Shown: piece by piece, positions 55,051-64,000 of the stretch | Layout of the letters: the number at the start of each line of letters is the position of its first letter | Numbering within the stretch: the stretch's first letter is position 1 | NCBI GenBank assembly: GCA_964057225.1 | Contig: OZ059899.1 | Coordinates: forward strand, 682,001 to 746,000 | Origin: Auanema rhodensis | Taxonomy: Eukaryota > Animalia > Nematoda | DNA: 64,000 bases | Direction of reading: 5' to 3' | Notes under the pieces: model-generated | Seen by the model: only the letters and a program-made list of their open reading frames with translations | Databases searched by the model: none | Told to the model about the DNA's origin: nothing | Made by a program: the position numbers and the translations under genes

Positions 55051-57320
55051 ATTTTGAAAACCGCATCTCTTTATCTTTCACGTGAAGCGAGTTACATACC
55101 AAAAGCACATCACGTGTACATTTAATTAGCATAAATTAAAGTTCACGTAAATTTCAAAGTCATGGTTACCATGCACGAATATCAATAAAAATTTGTTTTT
55201 AGACTAATATGGACATGGGGAATCTAATTTTGAAAACCGCATCTCTTTATCTTTCACGTGAAGCGAGTTACATACCAAGTGCACATCACGTGTACATTTA
55301 ATTAGCATGAATAAAAGTTCACGTAAATTTCAAAGTCATGGTTACCATGAACCAATATCAATAAAAATTTGTTTTTAGACTAATATGGACATGGGGAATC
55401 TAATTTCGGAAACCGCATCTCTTTATCTTTCACGTGAAGCGAGTTACATACCAAGTGCACATCACGTGTACATTTAATTAGCATAAATTAAAGTTCACGT
55501 AAATTTCAAAGTCATGGTTACCATGAACCAATATCAATAAAAATTTGTTTTTAGACTAATATGGACATGGGGAATCTAATTTTGAAAACCGCATCTCTTT
55601 ATCTTTCACGTGAAGCGAGTTACATACCAAGTGCACATCACATGTACATTTAATTAGCATAAATTAAAGTTCACGTAAATTTCAAAGTCATGGTTACCAT
55701 GCACGAATATCAATAAAAATTTGTTTTTAGACTAATATGGACATGGGGAATCTAATTTTGAAAACCGCATCTCTTTATCTTTCACGTGAAACGAGTTACA
55801 TACCAAGTGCACATCACGTGTACATTTAATTAGCATAAATTAAAGTTCACGTAAATTTCAAAGTCATGGTTACCATGAATCAATATCAATAAAAATTTGT
55901 TCTTAGACTAATATGGACATGAGGAATCTAATTTTGAAAACCGCATCTCTTTATCTTTCACGTGAAGCGAGTTACATACCAAGTGCACATCACGTGTACA
56001 TTTAATTAGCATAACTTAAAGTTCACGTAAATTTCAAAGTCATGGGTACCATGAACCAATATCAATAAAAATTTGTTTTTAGACTAATATGGACATGGGG
56101 AATCTAATTTTGAAAACCGCATCTTTTTATCTTTCACGTGAAGCGAGTTACATACCAAGTGCACATCACGTGTACATTTAATTAGCATAAATTAAAGTTC
56201 ACGTAAATTTCAAAGTCATGGTTACCATGAACCAATATCAATAAAAATTTGGACATGGGGATTCTAATTTTGAAAACCGCATCTCTTTATCTTTCACGTG
56301 AAGCGAGTTACATACCAAGTGCACATCACGTGTATATTTAATTAGCATAAATTAAAGTGCACGTAAATTTCAAAGTCATGGTTACCATGAACCAATATCA
56401 ATGAAAATTTGTTTGTAGACTAATATGGACATGGGGAATCTAATTTTGAAAACCGCATCTCTTTATCTTTCACGTGAAGCGAGTTACATACCAAGTGCAC
56501 ATCACGTGTACATTTAATTAGCATAAATTAAAGTGCACGTAAATTTCAAAGTCATGGTTACCATGAACCAATATCAATGAAAATTTGTTTGTAGACTAAT
56601 ATGGACATGGGGAATCTAATTTTGAAAACCGCATCTCTTTATCTTTCACGTGAAGCGAAGTACATACCAAGTGCACATCACCTGTACATTTAATTAGCAT
56701 AAATTAAAGTTCACGTAAATTTCAAAGTCATGGTTACCATGAACCAATATCATAAAAAATTTGTTTTTAGACTAATATGGACATGGGGAATCTAATTTTG
56801 AAAACCGCATCTCTTTATCTTTCACGTGAAGCGAGTTACATACCAAGTGCACATCACGTGTACATTTAATTAGCATAAATTAAAGTTCACGTAAATTTCA
56901 AAGTCATGGTTACCATGAACCAATATCAATAAAAATTTGTTTTTAGACTAATATGGACATGGGGAATCTAATTTTGAAAACCGCATCTCTTTATCTTTCA
57001 CGTGAAGCGAGTTACATACCAATTTCACATCACGTGTACATTTAATTAGCATAAATTAAAGTTCACGTAAATTTCAAAGTCATGGTTACCATGCACCAAT
57101 ATCAATAAAAATTTGTTTTTAGACTAATATGGACATGGGGAATCTAATTTTGAAAACCGCATCTCTTTATCTTTCACGTGAAGCGAGTTACATACCAATT
57201 TCACATCACGTGTACATTTAATTAGCATAAATTAAAGTTCACGTAAATTTCAAAGTCATGGTTACCATGCACCAATATCAATAAAAATTTGTTTTTAGAC
57301 TAATATGGACATGGGGAATC
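50821..57320. repeat. Second domain dominated by subfamily A, with private markers
   Basis: A51/A82 return. Private variants: GCACGAATATCTAT (~51478, 51829, 53941), GAATCAAT..TTCTTAG..ATGAGG (~52006, 54118, 55878), ATAACTT..GGGTACC (~52140, 54252, 56012) and GAATAAAAG..TTTCGGA (~52670, 54781, 55310). Short B interludes occur at about 51.2, 53.0-53.2 and 53.7 kb. Confidence 0.88.
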
Positions 57321-57859
57321 TAATTTTGAAAACCGCATCTCTTTATCTTTCACGTGAAGCGAGTTACATACCATGTGCACATCACGTGTACATTTAATTA
57401 GCATAAATTAAAGTTCACGTAAATTTCAAAGTCATGGTTACCATGCACCAATATCAATAAAAATTTGTTTTTAGACTAATATGGACATGGGGAATCTAAT
57501 TTTGAAAACCGCATCTCTTTATCTTTCACGTGAAGCGAGTTACATACCATGTGCACATCACGTGTACATTTAATTAGCATAAATTAAAGTTCACGTAAAT
57601 TTCAAAGTCATGGTTACCATGCACCAATATCAATAAAAATTTGTTTTCAGACTAATATGGACATGGGGAATCTAATTTTGAAAACCGCATCTCTTTATCT
57701 TTCACGTGAAGCGAGTTACATACCATGTGCACTTCACGTGTACATTTAATTAGCATAAATTAAAGTTCACGTAAATTTCAAAGTCATGGTTACCATGCAC
57801 CAATATCAATAAAAATTTGTTTTCAGACTAATATGGACATGGGGAATCTAATTTTGAAA

Positions 57860-60800
57860 ACCGCATCTCTTTATCTTCCACGTGAAGCGAGTTACATACC
57901 ATGTGCACATCACGTGTACATTTAATTAGCATGAATTAAAGTTCACGTAAATTTCAAAGTCATGGTTACCATGAACCAATATCAATAAAAATTTGTTTTT
58001 AGACTAATATGGACATGGGGAATCTAATTTTGAAAACCGCATCTCTTTATCTTTCACGTGAAGCGAGTTACATACCATGTGCACATCACGTGTACATTTA
58101 ATTAGCATGAATTAAAGTTCACGTAAATTTCAAAGTCATGGTTACCATGAACCAATATCAATAAAAATTTGTTTTTAGACTAATATGGACATGGGGAATC
58201 TAATTTTGGAAACCGCATCTCTTTATCTTTCACGTGAAGCGAGTTACATACCATGTGCACATCACGTGTACATTTAATTAGCATGAATTAAAGTTCACGT
58301 AAATTTCAAAGTCATGGTTACCATGAACCAATATCAATAAAAATTTGTTTTTAGACTAATATGGACATGGGGAATCTAATTTTGAAAACCGCATCTCTTT
58401 ATCTTTCACGTGAAGCGAGTTACATACCATGTGCACATCACGTGTACATTTAATTAGCATGAATTAAAGTTCACGTAAATTTCAAAGTCATGGTTACCAT
58501 GAACTAATATCAATAAAAATTTGTTTTTAGACTAATATGGACATGGGGAATCTAATTTTGGAAACCGCATCTCTTTATCTTTCACGTGAAGCGAGTTACA
58601 TACCATGTGCACATCACGTGTACATTTAATTAGCATGAATTAAAGTTCACGTAAATTTCAAAGTCATGGTTACCATGAACCAATATCAATAAAAATTTGT
58701 TTTTAGACTAATATGGACATTGGGAATCTAATTTTGAAAACCGCATCTCTTTATCTTTCACGTGAAGCGAGTTACATACCATGTGCACATCACGTGTACA
58801 TTTAATTAGCATGAATTAAAGTTCACGTAAATTTCAAAGTCATGGTTACCATGAACCAATATCAATAAAAATTTGTTTTTAGACTAATATGGACATGGGG
58901 AATCTAATTTTGGACACCGCATCTGTTTATCTTTCACGTGAAGCGAGTTACATACCATGTGCACATCACGTGTACATTTAATTAGCATGAATTAAAGTTC
59001 ACGTAAATTTCAAAGTCATGGTTACCATGAACCAATATCAATAAAAATTTGTTTTTAGACTAATATGGACATGGGAAATCTAATTTTAAAAACCGCATCT
59101 CTTTATCTTTCTCGTGAAGCGAGTTACATACCATGTGCACATCACGTGTACATTTAATTAGCATGAATTAAAGTTCACGTAAATTTCAAAGTCATGGTTA
59201 CCATGAACTAATATCAATAAAAATTTGTTTTTAGACTAATATGGACATGGGGAATCTAATTTTGAAAACCGCATCTCTTTATCTTTCACGTGAAGCGAGT
59301 TACATACCATGTGCACATCACGTGTACATTTAATTAGCATGAATTAAAGTTCAAGTAAATTTCAAAGTCATGGTTACCATGAACCAATATCAATAAAAAT
59401 TTGTTTTTAGACTAATATGGACATGGGGAATCTAATTTTGAAAACCGCATCTCTTTATCTTTCACGTGAAGCGAGTTACATACCATGTGCACATCACGTG
59501 TACATTTAATTAGCATGAATTAAAGTTCACGTAAATTTCAAAGTCATGGTTACCATGAACCAATATCAATAAAAATTTGTTTTTAGACTAATATGGACAT
59601 GGGAAATCTAATTTTAAAAACCGCATCTCTTTATCTTTCTCGTGAAGCGAGTTACATACCATGTGCACATCACGTGTACATTTAATTAGCATGAATTAAA
59701 GTTCACGTAAATTTCAAAGTCATGGTTACCATGAACTAATATCAATAAAAATTTGTTTTTAGACTAATATGGACATGGGGAATCTAATTTTGAAAACCGC
59801 ATCTCTTTATCTTTCACGTGAAGCGAGTTACATACCATGTGCACATCACGTGTACATTTAATTAGCATGAATTAAAGTTCAAGTAAATTTCAAAGTCATG
59901 GTTACCATGAACCAATATCAATAAAAATTTGTTTTTAGACTAATATGGACATGGGGAATCTAATTTTGAAAACCGCATCTCTTTATCTTTCACGTGAAGC
60001 GAGTTACATACCATGTGCACATCACGTGTACATTTAATTAGCATGAATTAAAGTTCACGTAAATTTCAAAGTCATGGTTACCATGAACCAATATCAATAA
60101 AAATTTGTTTTTAGACTAATATGGACATGGGGAATCTAATTTTGAAAACCGCATCTCTTTATCTTTCACGTGAAGCGAGTTACATACCATGTGCACATCA
60201 CGTGTACATTTAATTAGCATGAATTAAAGTTCACGTAAATTTCAAAGTCATGGTTACCATGAACCAATATCAATAAAAATTTGTTTTTAGACTAATATGG
60301 ACATGGGGAATCTAATTTTGAAAACCGCATCTCTTTATCTTTCACGTGAAGCAAGTTACATACCATGTGCACATCACGTGTACATTTAATTAGCATGAAT
60401 TAAAGTTCACGTAAATTTCAAAGTCATGGTTACCATGAACCAATATCAATAAAAATTTGTTTTTAGACTAATATGGACATGGGGAATCTAATTTTGGAAA
60501 CCGCATCTCTTTATCTTTCACGTGAAGCGAGTTACATACCATGTGCACATCACGTGTACATTTAATTAGCATGAATTAAAGTTCACGTAAATTTCAAAGT
60601 CATGGTTACCATGAACCAATATCAATAAAAATTTGTTTTTAGACTAATATGGACATGGGAAATCTAATTTTGGAAACCGCATCTCTTTATCTTTCACGTG
60701 AAGCGAGTTACATACCATGTGCACATCACGTGTACATTTAATTAGCATGAATTAAAGTTCACGTAAATTTCAAAGTCATGGTTACCATGAACCAATATCA

Positions 60801-63659
60801 ATAAAAATTTGTTTTTAGACTAATATGGACATGGGAAATCTAATTTTAAAAACCGCATCTCTTTATCTTTCTCGTGAAGCAAGTTACATACCATGTGCAC
60901 ATCACGTGTACATTTAATTAGCATGAATTAAAGTTCACGTAAATTTCAAAGTCATGGTTACCATGAACCAATATCAATAAAAATTTGTTTTTAGACTAAT
61001 ATGGACATGGGAAATCTAATTTTAAAAACCGCATCTCTTTATCTTTCTCGTGAAGCGAGTTACATACCATGTGCACATCACGTGTACATTTAATTAGCAT
61101 GAATTAAAGTTCACGTAAATTTCAAAGTCATGGTTACCATGAACCAATATCAATAAAAATTTGTTTTTAGACTAATATGGACATGGGAAATCTAATTTTA
61201 AAAACCGCATCTCTTTATCTTTCACGTGAAGCAAGTTACATACCATGTGCACATCACGTGTACATTTAATTAGCATGAATTAAAGTTCACGTAAATTTCA
61301 AAGTCATGGTTACCATGAACCAATATCAATAAAAATTTGTTTTTAGACTAATATGGACATGGGGAATCTAATTTTGGAAACCGCATCTCTTTATCTTTCA
61401 CGTGAAGCGAGTTACATACCATGTGCACATCACGTGTACATTTAATTAGCATGAATTAAAGTTCACGTAAATTTCAAAGTCATGGTTACCATGAACCAAT
61501 ATCAATAAAAATTTGTTTTTAGACTAATATGGACATGGGGAATCTAATTTTGGAAACCGCATCTCTTTATCTTTCACGTGAAGCGAGTTACATACCATGT
61601 GCACATCACGTGTACATTTAATTAGCATGAATTAAAGTTCACGTAAATTTCAAAGTCATGGTTACCATGAACCAATATCAATAAAAATTTGTTTTTAGAC
61701 TAATATGGACATGGGAAATCTAATTTTAAAAACCGCATCTCTTTATCTTTCTCGTGAAGCGAGTTACATACCATGTGCACATCACGTGTACATTTAATTA
61801 GCATGAATTAAAGTTCACGTAAATTTCAAAGTCATGGTTACCATGAACTAATATCAATAATAATTTGTTTTTAGACTAATATGGACATGGGGAATCTAAT
61901 TTTGAAAACCGCATCTCTTTATCTTTCACGTGAAGCGAGTTACATACCATGTGCACATCACGTGTACATTTAATTAGCATGAATTAAAGTTCAAGTAAAT
62001 TTCAAAGTCATGGTTACCATGAACCAATATCAATAAAAATTTGTTTTTAGACTAATATGGACATGGGGAATCTAATTTTGAAAACCGCATCTCTTTATCT
62101 TTCACGTGAAGCGAGTTACATACCATGTGCACATCACGTGTACATTTAATTAGCATGAATTAAAGTTCACGTAAATTTCAAAGTCATGGTTACCATGAAC
62201 CAATATCAATAAAAATTTGTTTTTAGACTAATATGGACATGGGGAATCTAATTTTGAAAACCGCATCTCTTTATCTTTCACGTGAAGCGAGTTACATACC
62301 ATGTGCACATCACGTGTACATTTAATTAGCATGAATTAAAGTTCACGTAAATTTCAAAGTCATGGTTACCATGAACCAATATCAATAAAAATTTGTTTTT
62401 AGACTAATATGGACATGGGGAATCTAATTTTGAAAACCGCATCTCTTTATCTTTCACGTGAAGCAAGTTACATACCATGTGCACATCACGTGTACATTTA
62501 ATTAGCATGAATTAAAGTTCACGTAAATTTCAAAGTCATGGTTACCATGAACCAATATCAATAAAAATTTGTTTTTAGACTAATATGGACATGGGGAATC
62601 TAATTTTGGAAACCGCATCTCTTTATCTTTCACGTGAAGCGAGTTACATACCATGTGCACATCACGTGTACATTTAATTAGCATGAATTAAAGTTCACGT
62701 AAATTTCAAAGTCATGGTTACCATGAACCAATATCAATAAAAATTTGTTTTTAGACTAATATGGACATGGGGAATCTAATTTTGAAAACCGCATCTCTTT
62801 ATCTTTCACGTGAAGCGAGTTACATACCATGTGCACATCACGTGTACATTTAATTAGCATGAATTAAAGTTCACGTAAATTTCAAAGTCATGGTTACCAT
62901 GAACCAATATCAATAAAAATTTGTTTTTAGACTAATATGGACATGGGGAATCTAATTTTGAAAACCGCATCTCTTTATCTTTCACGTGAAGCGAGTTACA
63001 TACCAAGTGCACATCACGTGTACATTTAATTAGCATGAATTAAAGTTCACGTAAATTTCAAAGTCATGGTTACCATGAACTAATATCAATAAAAATTTGT
63101 TTTTAGACTAATATGGACATGGGGAATCTAATTTTGGAAACCGCATCTCTTTATCTTTCACGTGAAGCGAGTTACATACCATGTGCACATCACGTGTACA
63201 TTTAATTAGCATGAATTAAAGTTCACGTAAATTTCAAAGTCATGGTTACCATGAACCAATATCAATAAAAATTTGTTTTTAGACTAATATGGACATGGGG
63301 AATCTAATTTTGAAAACCGCATCTCTTTATCTTTCACGTGAAGCGAGTTACATACCATGTGCACATCACGTGTACATTTAATTAGCATGAATTAAAGTTC
63401 ACGTAAATTTCAAAGTCATGGTTACCATGAACCAATATCAATAAAAATTTGTTTTTAGACTAATATGGACATGGGGAATCTAATTTTGGAAACCGCATCT
63501 CTTTATCTTTCACGTGAAGCGAGTTACATACCATGTGCACATCACGTGTACATTTAATTAGCATGAATTAAAGTTCACGTAAATTTCAAAGTCATGGTTA
63601 CCATGAACCAATATCAATAAAAATTTGTTTTTAGACTAATATGGACATGGGGAATCTAA
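57860..63659. repeat. Second, compact subfamily B domain
   Basis: T51/G82 monomers with the same diagnostic variants as the large B domain (ATTGGG ~58720, GGACACC/CTGTTT ~58912, GGGAAA/CTCGTG ~59075-59112). A local marker TTTTAAAAACC occurs at ~59088, 59616, 60848, 61024, 61200 and 61728. A-type monomers resume at ~63660. Confidence 0.85.
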
Positions 63660-64000
63660 TTTTGAAAACCGCATCTCTTTATCTTTCACGTGAAGCGAGT
63701 TACATACCAAGTGCACATCACGTGTACATTTAATTAGCATAAATTAAAGTTCACCTAAATTTCAAAGTCATGGTTACCATGCACGAATATCTATAAAAAT
63801 TTGTTTTTAGACTAATATGGACATGGGGAATCTAATTTTGAAAACCGCATCTCTTTATCTTTCACGTGAAGCGAGTTACATACCAAGTGCACATCACGTG
63901 TACATTTAATTAGCATAAATTAAAGTTCACGTAAATTTCAAAGACATGGTTACCATGAATCAATATCAATAAAAATTTGTTCTTAGACTAATATGGACAT

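Larger units (their letters stand above)
1..64000. repeat. 176-bp tandem satellite DNA array (~365 monomers, head-to-tail), probably centromeric or pericentromeric; truncated at both window edges
   Basis: The unit starting TTTTG(A/G)AA recurs at 1, 177, 353, 529, 705 and so on with a 176-bp period across the whole window. Most monomers differ from the consensus by 0-5 substitutions. Consensus GC is 56/176 (32%). No non-satellite sequence was seen. The satellite call is direct; the centromeric role is inferred only from unit size and homogeneity. Confidence 0.98.

Noticed and set aside
1-64000. Protein-coding ORFs or a repeat-encoded protein
   Set aside because: Each monomer has stops in all three + frames (TGA at 4, TGA at 32, TAA at 72) and all three - frames (plus-strand TTA at 20, TCA at 27, TTA at 85), so no frame stays open beyond about one monomer.
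1-64000. CRISPR array or repeat-spacer system, suggested by the palindromic motifs
   Set aside because: There are no unique spacers. The entire 176 bp repeats, and no cas or other genes are present.
1-64000. Tandem 5S rRNA, tRNA, snRNA or spliced-leader gene array
   Set aside because: I see no recognisable 5S sequence, tRNA cloverleaf with A/B boxes, or snRNA/SL motifs. An Rfam/Infernal scan would confirm this.
1-64000. Embedded transposon, inversion or telomeric repeat
   Set aside because: Monomer phase is accounted for throughout by the listed -16, -6 and +1 variants. I saw no foreign sequence or strand switch.

Overview
The whole 64-kb window is one uninterrupted head-to-tail satellite array of about 365 copies of a 176-bp, ~32% GC monomer. 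All copies are in the same orientation. Consensus, numbered 1-176 from window position 1: TTTTGAAAACCGCATCTCTTTATCTTTCACGTGAAGCGAGTTACATACCA(A/T)GTGCACATCACGTGTACATTTAATTAGCAT(A/G)AATTAAAGTTCACGTAAATTTCAAAGTCATGGTTACCATGAACCAATATCAATAAAAATTTGTTTTTAGACTAATATGGACATGGGGAATCTAA. I found no genes (all six frames hit a stop within every monomer), RNA genes, transposon insertions, inversions or CRISPR spacers. The nucleosome-sized unit and high homogeneity suggest a eukaryotic centromeric or pericentromeric satellite, but I do not recognise the family or species. The information lies in the variant pattern. Two subfamilies, A (A51/A82) and B (T51/G82), form alternating domains. There are 160-, 170- and 177-bp length variants. 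Nested in-phase duplications range from 3 to 37 monomers. The 35-kb central B domain appears to be an amplified version of a ~6-kb block that survives compactly at 57.9-63.7 kb. The monomer itself carries a chain of short dyads and three CACGT cores spaced 32-33 bp apart. I found no new gene-based system; the best candidates for novelty are the satellite family, its motif architecture and its amplification history. All counts were made by eye, so rare variants may be missed.
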